From positions 4,092,001 to 4,156,000 of the forward strand of contig CM022672.1 in NCBI GenBank assembly GCA_012295275.1: a DNA stretch of 64,000 bases. The letters are read 5' to 3'. The notes under the pieces were generated by a model. It worked only from the letters and a program-made list of their open reading frames with translations, made no database searches and was not told the origin of the DNA. Position numbers and translations under genes: made by a program. Of the stretch, positions 56,001 to 63,926 are shown one piece after another (positions within the stretch are counted from its first letter, which is position 1; each line of letters starts with the position of its first letter). Origin of the DNA: Chrysomallon squamiferum (lineage: Eukaryota; Animalia; Mollusca).

Positions 56001-56951
56001 TACAAAGTTATGCATCATGAAGAATAATACCTTGATGTAAAAAAAAAAAAAAAAATAATAATAATGATAAATAAATAAATAAATAAATTCATAATAATAA
56101 TAAGCTAACATATTGATATTTATGATGCCTGTCTTACAACATTTAGGACAGAAACTTTAACGTATATTCTCTGTTTAATATTTAATTCTGCATTACATTT
56201 TGTATGGTTCCAAATATTTTATTTTATATTTACCCATTCAGTGAAAGGCTGGATATTTTTAAAAGTGTAAAGTTTCTGTTACATATGTATAATCACATTA
56301 TGTACAGTTTATTTATGTCATTACCATTTATTCATTTTTGCAGTTTGATGTACTAAATATTTTAAGTTAAATCTATACACCCCTTGGTATGATCTAAATA
56401 TTTAATACTTAAAACATTTAAATGTTAATAAATATCTGAAACTCCTGGATGTTCTTTAAATATTTTGAGATTTGGATGGGGTTTGGTGTTTTATTATTGC
56501 ACAAGAATTTAATTACATGTTGATTTTTGTTGTAATATTTTTATGTTTTTAAGTTTATTCTGGATTACAGGTTTGGGTTTTTACTGGTATACTTTAATTT
56601 CATACTGTTCATGTATTGTACTATTTTTATGTTGATATTATGCTGAGTTTGTTAATTAATTATTTCATTTTAATGAAAACCAAATACAAATATATCAGAT
56701 TTTATGTATTATCTGAAATATTACAATAATTCATAAAAATAGTATTATTGTTATCTATAATTTATTTGTTGTAGAAAAGAAAAAAGTAATCCAAAATAAA
56801 AACATGAAAAACATACAGAAATTTTAATTTCAGTAGTTTCAAAGTTTGTTATTTATTTATTTATTTTATTTTATTTTGTTATTGTTTTTCAATCTGTTAT
56901 GCTTGTCATTTTATTTTACTAATAAGAATTTTTTATTTGTACAGGTTTACA

Positions 56952-57019
<68 letters not shown>

Positions 57020-59642
57020 TTTTTATTTTTATATTTATTTTTATTATTGGAGTTAAATTATATTACTATTAATATTTTTTTTTTATTTATTTTATTTGTT
57101 TCAGATTAAGGGGAGTTCAATCTTCGAAAACACAGCAGCAGCAGCAGATAGCGAAACTAGTGAGGAACCACAAATATCTGTTGCCAAGATTGTGAAACAA
57201 TTGGAATCGAGCGACATCGACAATCCCTTCCCCGAAGAGGAACACTGGAAAACCACCGAGTCACTGGACAGCAAAACGGGGGAAAAGTCTCCCCTTTCGA
57301 ATGGTTGGAGAAGTGTTGCCAAGACAACATTGACCGGTTCTCCACGAAGTTCCTCCAAACAAGAAGAGTTAGTCATTGGTCTGACTCTCCAGTCGGAGAG
57401 TGAGCTAAGCCATTGCCGTTCACAGAATGACAGCGACTCCGCGACGTCAAGCCCAAACCTGAAACGAGCCAAACGAGGCAATCGGGACGAATCTAGCACC
57501 GAAACCACAGCTCCACCTCTGCCAAAAACACGGCCGCCATCTTTGTCGAAGATGAAGGTTTTCGCACAAGGGACATCCTACTACTTGCCCAGTTCTGGCC
57601 ATGATGCCAGCGCTGATGAAAGTTTGCCACACGACAGCGTCAACCGACAGAACACTGTGACATCACTGGACACGTGCTCAGTGCAGACGTCCAGGACAGC
57701 ATTTTCAGTCGACAGTGTGGCTGACAGTGGCCGAGGTACCGCATCGACCTCTAGAGGCAACATTAAGGATAGAATAGCCCAAATAGAAAGACAGTTACAG
57801 GTAATTATAAACTGTATGGAATGAAATGAATTAAAATGTTAAACAGCTACTCAGGTTAAAAAGAGTTTTTGTGTGTGTGTGTGTGTGTGTGTGTTTTTTA
57901 TATTATTATTATTTGGGTTTTTTCCCTCATATCAGTTTAAATTCACAATCAAACAAATAATTTTAATATTCCAAGTCTGTTAAACAATCAGATTAAACTA
58001 AAGTATTAACATTTAAATTATTTAAATCCCACAGTATTATTAGTTATTTACAATTTAATTGACAGTTTCATTTCTGACATGAGAATAACAAATTTCTTTA
58101 TTTCAGTTTTAATAGATACCATGATTAATTTTAAAATTAAATATTGAATTTGTTTTCTAGGGAAAAGACAGTAGTGCAGAAAGTAGGATAGATGATAATG
58201 ACAGTGTTTTTACATGGTCAAAGGTACGTGTTAGATAAAATGTTTGAAACCATCATTATCTGTTAATTCATTATATTTCATATCTGATATCAATATTATT
58301 ATAATTGTGTCTACCTAAATAGAAAATAAATATTATGTTGAGATGTTTCATTAAATAAATATTCATTCATTTTTTTCTCTTATAACAAAAAGAAAAAATT
58401 ATTTTATTCCATTCATAATTATTGACATTCTGATATATATTGTTAAAATACATAGCCAGTAGATTTAAACTTGTTACTGAATGTTTATAATTCTGTAATT
58501 TTTTATTGAAGACGTCAGAAAAGACCAGACAACTGGAGGCCTCTGAAACTGAAGTGAAGCAGTTAAAGGAAGAGGTAAATACAGGCTTTATTTTTTATTT
58601 ATATATATTAAAAATATTCTTTAAGAATACCTTTAGTGATGTCATGTTGAAAATGCATAAATAATGATGTTGATGTTGATAAGAATTTTTAACATAAACA
58701 AAATAATCCTAAATTTTTTTAAATAATATTTTTTTATTTATTGTCATATAAAATATATATATATATATGTAACTTTATGGCTCTTTCATCAGTTAAATAT
58801 TAAATTTCATATTTTTCACTAACTTGTCTCTTTTGATAATGCTGAAATAAATAGTTTGAACTATTTTTATTATAATAATAAGAATAAATATTTAAAATGT
58901 TCATTAAAATTTGTAGTCTTCAGAAAATGCAAACATAAATTTTAGATAAAAAAAAAAAATGTTTTCTTCCCTAATTTATAGGAATATTTTTGTACCTCTT
59001 ATTTTTTTAAAAGGAATCAAAACAAAAATAAAGTTAAGTAATATTAATAATTAAAAATCCAGATGAAAGTGAAATGGTAATAATAAAAATTAATTAATTA
59101 TTTAATATAATATTAACGGGTTTTGGGTTTTACTTTTTCAAGCACAGACATTTTATTATGATAAATGCCTGTTAATAGTATTTTTGTTATCATTTTTTTT
59201 ATCTACTAATATTTATGCAAAAAATAAAACAATAGATACAGGTAAAATATACCATTATGTTCTGTAACAAACAAAATTTGTAAAGTGAATACAAACTCTT
59301 AATTTATGCCTCAGTTGTGACATTTTTACCTTTTATGTTTGTATGTTCATGGGTGAAATGAAAAGGAAAAAAAAAAAAAAATAATAATAAATAAAATAAA
59401 ATAAATAAAAATCTAAGCAAGTTGAACATGAATGTACATTGACAATTGTTTTATCAGCACCCCCCTGCTTACCGACGGCGCCAGAAGGTAAGTGAGGGGA
59501 ATGTGTGGCGCACATCACTCTTGTTTTCACCAAAGTCTCGTCAAAAGCAATCACAAGGTTTGGGTCTTTTATTTTTTTTTATTATTTTTTTTTTTTTTGG
59601 TTTATTTTATGTTATTTGGATAAGGTATAGTTCATTATTTTT

Positions 59643-59678
<36 letters not shown>

Positions 59679-62600
59679 TTTTGTTGGGGTGGTAAAGGGA
59701 ATTTTCTAATGCTTAGCTTTTCTGACTTTATGCTCAATTAAATTTTCCAAATATTAAAATACAAGCATAACTTAAAATAAAATCAACAACAACAAAAAAA
59801 AAAATAAATAAATAAATAAATAAATGAATAAAAATAAAACATGCAGATTTCTTCTATAAATTTATTCTGATTATTTGAAAGTAGTTTTAATTTTACAAGA
59901 TTATTTTAAAATAATTAATTGAAACTGACATTAATTTTTTTATGCTTCCCATAACATTGCAAAACTCAAAATAACATCAGTTTTGATAATAACTTCAATT
60001 TCAGTATTAATGTTTTTTGAATCATTCTAAAATAGCATTAATAAAAATTAAAATTATTCTAAAATAGCATTAATGAAAATTAAAATTATTCTAAAATAGC
60101 ATTAATGAAAATTAAAACTATTCTAAAATAACTGATTGAAAATTATCCTAAAATGATGACATTGAAAATAAAACAAATTCAGATTTCACAATAAACTGTC
60201 AGAAAAGCTAGTAAAAGGTAGATTTTTTTTTTTTTTTTTTTTTTTTTTGCACAATTCAAGTAGTTGCCATTGCCAGCAAGGTGAGGGGCTCCTGCTCTAT
60301 AAATAGAATTTCTCTTCTTTTTTTTTTCTTTTTTTCAGCTTTTTATTCAACTATCAGAGTCTCTCTAGATGTGTGCTGACTTTTCACAACATTTCAAATC
60401 ATTTTCTACATTTTTCATCTTCTGTGTGGCAGTATTGTTGTATTATGTTTTGGTGATCTATTTTTTTATTGACTGATTTCTATATTTTTCATTGTCTGTA
60501 TAGCATTGTTGTCATATTTTGTTTCGGTGATTTTTTTTTTTTATTGATTGATTTTTATATATTTTAATTTTTAAAAGCATTTGTTCATTGTTTTAAGGTT
60601 TTCAAATTATATAGAAAAAATATAGTTTTTTTCCTTTTATGTTTTATTTATTACATTTTTCTTTCCTTTGTTTTGTTTTAATTTAAAAAAAATCTATTAT
60701 ATCATTTTTTATCCTTTTTATTTTATAATTATTATTATTATTATTTTAAACTACTTTTCATCTTTCAGTATTAAAGTTTTTGTTATGATTATTTTTGTGA
60801 TTTTATTTACAGTTTTTCTTTTGTTTATTATATTATTCTTTTTCCTGATGAAATCAGTTCTCTGAAATTTTGAGAACTATGTTTTTTGTTTTAAAATGAT
60901 TTTAGTTGTTAATTATTTCTAAAACTTGTTAAAAAAAGTTCAGTGATATTGTTGTGGATTTTTTATATTTCTTTTTAATAAAATTGTTTTATTATTTTTT
61001 TTTTATAATTGTTATTTAATACAGATAAAAGTCCTTGAAATGCAGACGTAAACAAACTAACATAAAAAAAGCTTTCTATCAATATTTAAATATTTTTGGT
61101 AATAGGAATCTGATGACTAATAGTACATCATACTAAATCAAGATACTGCATTTTTTAATTTCAAATCAAGAACAAAATTTAAAATTATTATCAACAAACT
61201 TATGAAATGAAGATTAATTAACTGATTGATCTATTCAGCTTTGGAATTTGTTTTTGTTTTAAATTAGTTCATTTATTGTGATAATATGTGAATAAAAAGT
61301 AAATTTCATCAGACATTCTAAAACTGAGAAAGTAGTTGGATCAGTGTAAAACATTTATGAAAAATATTTAATGAACATTTTCATCATGGAGGAGGGTAAC
61401 AGCTTTGCTTGAAATGTGTCAACATGAGAAAAGAAAAGAATAACAATTGGAACCAAAAAAATCACTGTTAAAAAAGAAATTGTTAAATTTTTAGAGTCTT
61501 AATGTCTGCTTTATCTCACTCATTAATTCATAATTGACTTCTGTCTTTTATTTGAATAAATTAAAAAGAATTTAAAACTGTTTAATTCTTCTGAATATGT
61601 AAATGTAATTTGTAATGCAATAAATTAAAAATTCACCTTTTATCATAATTACCTGGCTAGTATCTTTTATTTGGATGAAAAATAAGATTTAATTTTTAAA
61701 TTGTTTTCTAAATGTGTAAATGTAATTTCTAATGTCATAAATTAAAATTTCAGCTTAATGTTACAGCTGTGTGCCTGATTCATATGATTAACAACAAAAT
61801 CATTCTCTCACCTTATAGATAATGTAAATTACCTTTAACATTGCTTAAAGCATAAAGTCACATAATACTGTAGCTGGGTCATATCTTTGCTATCATAATA
61901 AATGTATATTAGATCACAGAATTAATAGTAGAACATATAACATATGCAGTAGTCTATATTACTGATGGTATAGGTTAGAATGGATTTGGTTTATACAAAT
62001 TACATTTTAAAATTTTGTATAGTATCATTTTGAATGATGAGCTTTAAATGTTCAGTTATTTATCTAAATTTAACAAGAAATTGCAATAACAGTAAATAAA
62101 AAATAAAAATTCTACAACTGTTAAATTTTGTTATCTAAATAATTCATCATTTTTCTGTGAGAGCACAATTTTACATAGTACATGTGCATGTACATGTCAT
62201 TCTTCAGTGTACTGCATACATCAGTTTCATTTTATAAACATCTCTAATTTTTATCTGGTATTCTGATTATTAATTAAATTTCTAATTAACAAATTAAAAT
62301 ATGTTTTATATATAGCTAAAATTCTGATGTGTCAGGTAAATTATTTTTTTAAAAAGGAAAAACAATTGAAATGTGTCTTTTAATGATAATACAAGTTTGT
62401 TTAAATGTTAACATACCAAATCTTTGTGACTAAAATTTTGATAAAACGTTATAAATATTTCATTAATGTGTATAAATTTCAGTTGACTGATTTTTATTTT
62501 TGTACTGCTTTATTCAGATAAATAAGTTAGAGAAAGAATTAGAAGAGAAAAGAAGACATATAGAAATTTTTGAAAATTGGGCAAACAGTGTTGAAAAGAT

Positions 62601-63926
62601 GCTGAAAAATAAGGTTAGTGTTGTGGTTGTTGTTGTTGTTGTTGCTGCTGTTACTGTTGTTCTTATTTTTCTTCTTATTCTTTTCTGACAGCCAGTATTT
62701 TATTTGTGCTGGAATATCATTCATTTGTTTGTACATTTACTTTTGTTACGAATTGTTGATGTTCTCATTTTTTATGATAAATGATGTGATACCTGTTTCA
62801 GATTTATTGTCAACTATTTCCAATTCCAAACTTATTTATTTTATAACATTTTTCAGTATGTCTAAATGTCTAAATATCCATAAATAAATACATACTTTTT
62901 ATTAAAATTTAAGAAAAAATTGAAAAGTGATTTTAATTTAAAGATCTTAAAAATATAAATTGTATATGAATTTTTTTTTTATTAAAAAAAAAAAAAAAAA
63001 AAACAAATAAGAAATATCCAAAAAAACAACAGTTTTATCCATCTTTGAATTAATTATAAATTAATGTTTACATTGATGATATTCAGGACAAACGAAATGA
63101 TCGAAACATTGTGCAAATGATCCAAAGTGAAACAGTGAAACTGAGATATGAACTTCAGAACTCAAAATACAGACGTGAAGAACTGTTAAAAGACCCGGCA
63201 GCCATGAAAACTGAACTTGACAAGCAAGACAGGGAAATAGCTGCCAAAGTAAGAAACAATATTTTATTATTATTCTAAAATCAAATTATACATAGATGAT
63301 GTAGATATATGCTTTTATATGTTTATTTTGTTTCTACATCTGTTTTGTGTGTTCTGTTTTATTTAATGTTTTTATTATGTTTATATATATGTATAACTAA
63401 ACAAGTAAATAATTACTATTTTAATTTACTTGTTTTTATTATTTTAATATTTTATATTTTTTATTTTGTTTTGCTGTAGTTATTAATCAGATTTCACTTA
63501 ATTTCGATTTAAGTAAATTTCAAAATATATATCTGTCAAATAATCATCATGCAAAAATCTGTGTTTGATATCAATAATTATTTTTCATACATTTGTTAAT
63601 TTACTTGGTTTTAAAATTTATTACTTACAATTTTACATATTTATTTATTTATTTATTTATTAATTTTCTTTTTTTAATTAATTAATTAATTTATTTTTTT
63701 TTTATTTTATTTTATTTATTTTTTTTTTTGTGTTTAATAGAAAATACTGATAGATTCACTGACTACAGAACTAAACCAGTGGAAACAGGAATGTCGGAGT
63801 ATTGAGGAAATGAGGACTAACGCACTAGACTCTCTCCGCTGCCTGGAGATGGAGGTTAACGACCTTCAGGAGACAGAACATCAGCTTCAACAAATGAACA
63901 TTGAATACAATAAACTGAGAAAACAG
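1..63926 (+). CDS. JAKMIP: Partial multi-exon gene: JAKMIP-family N-terminal region followed by a ~3,000-aa coiled-coil extension (about 3,630 aa in window, both ends missing)
   Basis: 30 exons with AG/GT(GC) boundaries join in compatible phase (one +1 frameshift in exon 16). The motifs EVRKL-IERLKSKDKIISHLEKELG, VKETFYGYDEDDRSVDSE, YQRLMKEHLELQKSFTLFQ and EDLEFRLLELEE match recalled JAKMIP1/2/3 motifs (DIRRLMDEIKGKDRVILALEKELG, VVETFFGFDEESVDSE, FCQLTREYQALQRAYALLQ, ELLEFRVLELEE) in the same order. Confidence 0.85.
1131..1256. repeat. AT-rich tandem duplication, ~62-bp unit x2
   Basis: aaaataataattaaaaa..tacttaaaattttaaaatatttaaaa.tagtaataataaat occurs twice. Confidence 0.8.
6181..6318. repeat. 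Minisatellite, 46-bp unit x3
   Basis: tatataataatttataaatttcattcaaatatattaatactttaat occurs three times with 1-2 mismatches. Confidence 0.9.
7786..7978 (+). other. Candidate alternative exon in intron 1, with its own ATG at 7877 (METCHSVKQTYPAHKYRSPQYIRIYSTLGHLTNT)
   Basis: Acceptor ttttgagtttgctcag; Kozak actATGG; donor ACT|GTGAGT in phase 0, in frame with exon 2. Confidence 0.55.
10496..10509. promoter_or_regulatory. RFX X-box-like motif GTTGCCATGACAAC
   Basis: 14-bp imperfect palindrome matching RTHNYY-WT-RRNRAC. Confidence 0.5.
11691..11704. promoter_or_regulatory. RFX X-box-like motif GTTTCCATGGATAC
   Basis: The reverse complement GTATCCATGGAAAC fits the X-box consensus. Confidence 0.45.
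13116..13367 (+). CDS. JAKMIP: Exon 2: IERLKSKDKIISHLEKELG...NSDL (84 codons)
   Basis: Acceptor ttcctttttctccag; donor TTA|GTAAGT; phase 0-0; overlaps ORF 13125. Confidence 0.92.
13673..13750. repeat. Interrupted (TG)n microsatellite
   Basis: Seen directly, just upstream of exon 3. Confidence 0.9.
13782..13898 (+). CDS. JAKMIP: Exon 3: VSPADREQKRGLEGPSDMDAEIRGLQKQISSLSQEKEEL
   Basis: Acceptor aattag; donor CTG|GTAAAT; 39 codons; GC-rich against its flanks. Confidence 0.88.
14665..14811 (+). CDS. JAKMIP: Exon 4: IKDINSFEEKNKELIEKNKKF...DENQKL
   Basis: Acceptor ttgtag; donor CTA|GTATGT; 49 codons of heptad sequence. Confidence 0.85.
15116..15286 (+). CDS. JAKMIP: Exon 5: KEQCEHSKRKISQLTRQL...ALRESCS
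   Basis: Pyrimidine tract plus accag; donor TCT|GTACGC; 57 codons. Confidence 0.85.
16138..16209 (+). CDS. JAKMIP: Exon 6: EKDRRIELIQHRKKRRRLLKSQEK (basic cluster)
   Basis: Acceptor atttag; donor AAA|GTATAA; 24 codons. The basic patch precedes the ETFxGxDE motif, as in JAKMIPs. Confidence 0.85.
16447..16566 (+). CDS. JAKMIP: Exon 7: CTGVKETFYGYDEDDRSVDSENSLSSVSYGTIPDNDLWDE
   Basis: Acceptor ttttcag; donor GAG|GTACGA; carries the JAKMIP signature ETFxGxDE..SVDSE. Confidence 0.92.
16984..17109 (+). CDS. JAKMIP: Exon 8: LSREEINKNYQRLMKEHLELQKSFTLFQSHKSSLLDPQREQQ
   Basis: Poly-T plus aag acceptor; donor CAA|GTAACA; 42 codons; JAKMIP_CC3-like. Confidence 0.9.
17627..17710 (+). CDS. JAKMIP: Exon 9: IRSQLESDLFEAHCRIAELENSVQTEQQ
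   Basis: Acceptor ttttag; donor CAG|GTGAGA; 28 codons; resembles recalled TREQLQADLLRCQAKIEDLE. Confidence 0.9.
18247..18297 (+). CDS. JAKMIP: Exon 10: MEAQEMLFLTNEILLQK
   Basis: Acceptor tttgatag; donor AAA|GTAAGT; 17 codons; resembles recalled VEEKQLLIRTNQDLLEK. Confidence 0.85.
18612..18728 (+). CDS. JAKMIP: Exon 11: NNTYETECRKLKDELSKSKEKIEDLEFRLLELEECQQME
   Basis: Acceptor tttttag; donor GAG|GTGAGA; carries the LEFRxLELEE JAKMIP motif. Confidence 0.92.
21331..21516 (+). promoter_or_regulatory. Candidate internal promoter or non-coding first exon
   Basis: CpG-containing island, Inr-like TCATTC at 21331, upstream TGACGT (21293) and GTTGCCATG (21274), donor CAG|GTAAAT at 21517. Confidence 0.4.
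22427..22513. repeat. Compound (TAG)n/(TAA)n microsatellite
   Basis: Seen directly. Confidence 0.95.
22774..22789 (+). promoter_or_regulatory. Nuclear-receptor DR4 / RORE-like element
   Basis: GGGTCA-aatt-AGGTCA; the second half-site reads AAATTAGGTCA (WAWNTRGGTCA). Confidence 0.35.
24662..24760. promoter_or_regulatory. Cluster of three X-box-like motifs
   Basis: GTTACCTTGGTTAC (24662), GTTGCTGGTAAC (24730) and GTTTCCATGACA (24749). Confidence 0.45.
25481..25680. repeat. Direct duplication of ~86 bp with a ~113-bp period
   Basis: ttaaaactg.taagataaatag...ctctgaaataagagatttaaatttat at 25481 and 25594. Confidence 0.85.
33287..33324. repeat. (GTAT)n microsatellite
   Basis: Seen directly. Confidence 0.95.
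34553..34753 (+). CDS. JAKMIP: Exon 12: NFESGLEDK...KKMADHPAHSDL...VEPVLRAEQ
   Basis: Acceptor tttttcag after a 15.8-kb intron; donor CAG|GTAAGT; 67 codons; in-frame AAAATGGCG with ATG at 34625. Confidence 0.88.
34748..34992 (+). repeat. Degenerate tandem repeat carrying copies of the exon 12 donor
   Basis: gaacaggtaa(g/a)tt..ttcatt at 34748, 34882 and 34963; taatgtaaa motif repeated. Confidence 0.75.
35533..35694 (+). CDS. JAKMIP: Exon 13: QIQSLEYTAAELQRKVSSLQEEKAALEEML...EVLALK
   Basis: Acceptor atttcag; donor AAG|GTAGAA; 54 codons; resembles recalled [20 protein letters not shown]. Confidence 0.88.
36517..37164 (+). CDS. Exon 14: coiled coil (NQIEILEK...ALRDK)
   Basis: Acceptor cttttcag; donor AAG|GTAAAA; 216 codons; ORF 36532. 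Confidence 0.92.
39179..39829 (+). CDS. Exon 15: coiled coil (VEFLEK...YESKQ)
   Basis: Acceptor tttttcag; donor CAG|GTTATT; 217 codons; ORF 39188. Confidence 0.92.
39821..40020 (+). repeat. Tandem duplication (~89 bp) carrying a copy of the exon 15 donor
   Basis: agcaaacaggttattta at 39821 and 39910; tactgacatatttattt occurs three times. Confidence 0.8.
40214..42926 (+). CDS. Exon 16: giant 2,713-nt coiled-coil exon with a +1 frameshift near 42788
   Basis: Acceptor tcttcttgcag. The 860-aa ORF stops at TGA 42788-42790, and the +1 frame continues EDLNKVQAEMKEK...NELLQ to donor CAG|GTAAAC at 42927. Exon length is 3n+1. Confidence 0.88.
41927..42178 (+). repeat. Coding tandem repeat, 84 nt / 28 aa x3
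   Basis: EEEKTNFRQEILSCQNEKKLQEEKIKGL / EQEKANFEEHILSCQKENKYLEEKIMEI / RKEKIDLEDLILSYQNEKKLLKEKVQML. Confidence 0.85.
43201..45098 (+). CDS. Exon 17: 1,898-nt coiled-coil exon with S/T/P/H-rich linkers
   Basis: Acceptor ttttctag; donor AG|GTAAGT in phase 2; ORF 43219. Confidence 0.93.
48231..48746. mobile_element. Decayed TA-flanked MITE-like element (Tc1/mariner-pogo-type ends)
   Basis: Left end TA-CAGTACAACCCACTTATAA against right-end reverse complement TA-CAGTGGAACTCGGTAATAA; internal repeats atatc(t/c)tgttttaaca. Confidence 0.35.
48344..48502 (+). mobile_element. Decayed SINE core fragment (resembles molluscan MESC/Meta-type SINEs)
   Basis: CCACAACTGGTGTAACAAAGCCTGTGGTATGTAATATCGTGTCTGT resembles a recalled gastropod SINE core; not checked against a database. 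Confidence 0.45.
49362..49746 (+). CDS. Exon 18: (S)LTQQIIDHEQTE...KHHKQQ
   Basis: Acceptor tctttcaccag; phase-2 entry matches exon 17; donor CAG|GTGGGT. Confidence 0.9.
49970..50881 (+). CDS. Exon 19: coiled coil rich in the 14-residue LExSExxLxxRVxE repeat
   Basis: Acceptor cttttag; donor CAG|GTATTT; 304 codons; ORF 49985. Confidence 0.93.
51221..51258. repeat. (TTA)n microsatellite abutting the exon 20 acceptor
   Basis: Seen directly; it produces the poly-Ile run in the ORF track. Confidence 0.95.
51264..51536 (+). CDS. Exon 20: LTGNKEAMPQKLEEY...QLRQGK, followed by a GC-AG intron
   Basis: Acceptor actcag after (TTA)n; non-canonical donor AAG|GCAAGT; 91 codons. Confidence 0.85.
52011..52113 (+). 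CDS. Exon 21: DVCGHEVELEALTQTTAVVSRAGAETEAEPLQGA
   Basis: Acceptor atttgcag; donor CAG|GTTACC in phase 1, matching exon 22. Confidence 0.78.
53061..53093. repeat. (TG)n microsatellite
   Basis: Seen directly. Confidence 0.95.
53771..53870 (+). other. Candidate alternative first or cassette exon (ATG 53843, MSTQTFIRT)
   Basis: Consensus donor CAG|GTAAGT at 53871. The ATG-to-donor distance is 28 nt, giving phase 1, which matches exon 22. Confidence 0.5.
53865..54190 (+). repeat. Diverged tandem duplication, ~170-bp unit x2
   Basis: Shared blocks aacaggt, tatctg.ttaaaaagaag, atttcaactt, aaaaggattaa and aggtgaaattc.gtttgt in the same order. Confidence 0.75.
54505..54698 (+). CDS. Exon 22: (D)DQVPSMEILRKRDLQFLESERVM...EEDAIEP
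   Basis: Acceptor tttttcag with phase-1 entry; donor CCG|GTATGA; GC-rich. Confidence 0.88.
55498..55566 (+). CDS. Exon 23 (probable cassette): DLAHLDRKLIVLDGAILVLEPFK
   Basis: Acceptor aatttag; donor AAG|GTAAAT; 69 nt, symmetric phase 0-0; GC-rich island. Confidence 0.55.
56951..57008. repeat. (TTA)n microsatellite
   Basis: Seen directly; it produces the poly-Leu run in ORF 56846. Confidence 0.95.
57105..57800 (+). CDS. Exon 24: S/T/P-rich, probably disordered region (IKGSSIFEN...IERQLQ)
   Basis: Acceptor tgtttcag; donor CAG|GTAATT; 232 codons; ORF 57096. Confidence 0.92.
58161..58223 (+). CDS. Exon 25: GKDSSAESRIDDNDSVFTWSK
   Basis: Acceptor ttttctag; donor AAG|GTACGT; 21 codons. Confidence 0.82.
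58512..58574 (+). CDS. Exon 26: TSEKTRQLEASETEVKQLKEE
   Basis: Acceptor ttttattgaag; donor GAG|GTAAAT; 21 codons. Confidence 0.8.
59458..59487 (+). CDS. Exon 27 (30-nt microexon, probable cassette): HPPAYRRRQK
   Basis: Acceptor ttttatcag; consensus donor AAG|GTAAGT; phase 0-0; GC/CpG-rich in an AT-rich intron. Confidence 0.65.
60024..60130. repeat. Minisatellite, 32-bp unit x3
   Basis: aaaatagcattaatgaaaattaaaattattct occurs three times. Confidence 0.9.
62518..62613 (+). CDS. Exon 28: INKLEKELEEKRRHIEIFENWANSVEKMLKNK
   Basis: Acceptor ttattcag; donor AAG|GTTAGT; 32 codons. Confidence 0.88.
63087..63248 (+). CDS. Exon 29: DKRNDRNIVQMIQSE...DREIAAK
   Basis: Acceptor attcag; donor AAA|GTAAGA; 54 codons. 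Confidence 0.88.
63741..63926 (+). CDS. Exon 30: KILIDSLTTELNQWKQEC...NKLRKQ (gene continues beyond the window)
   Basis: Acceptor tttaatag; donor CAG|GTGAAC; 62 codons. Confidence 0.9.

Noticed and set aside
56846-57104. Poly-Leu 'membrane protein' ORF, and similar poly-Ile/Phe/Val ORFs at 18065, 51195, 60668 and 62618
   Set aside because: Artefacts of translating (TTA)n, (GTT)n and poly-T microsatellites.
36688-57763. Minus-strand ORFs overlapping the large exons (e.g. 40750-41088, 43335-43745, 43589-44107, 57101-57508)
   Set aside because: Antisense shadows of E/K/Q-rich coding sequence, giving S/F/L-rich translations with no splice structure or family motif.
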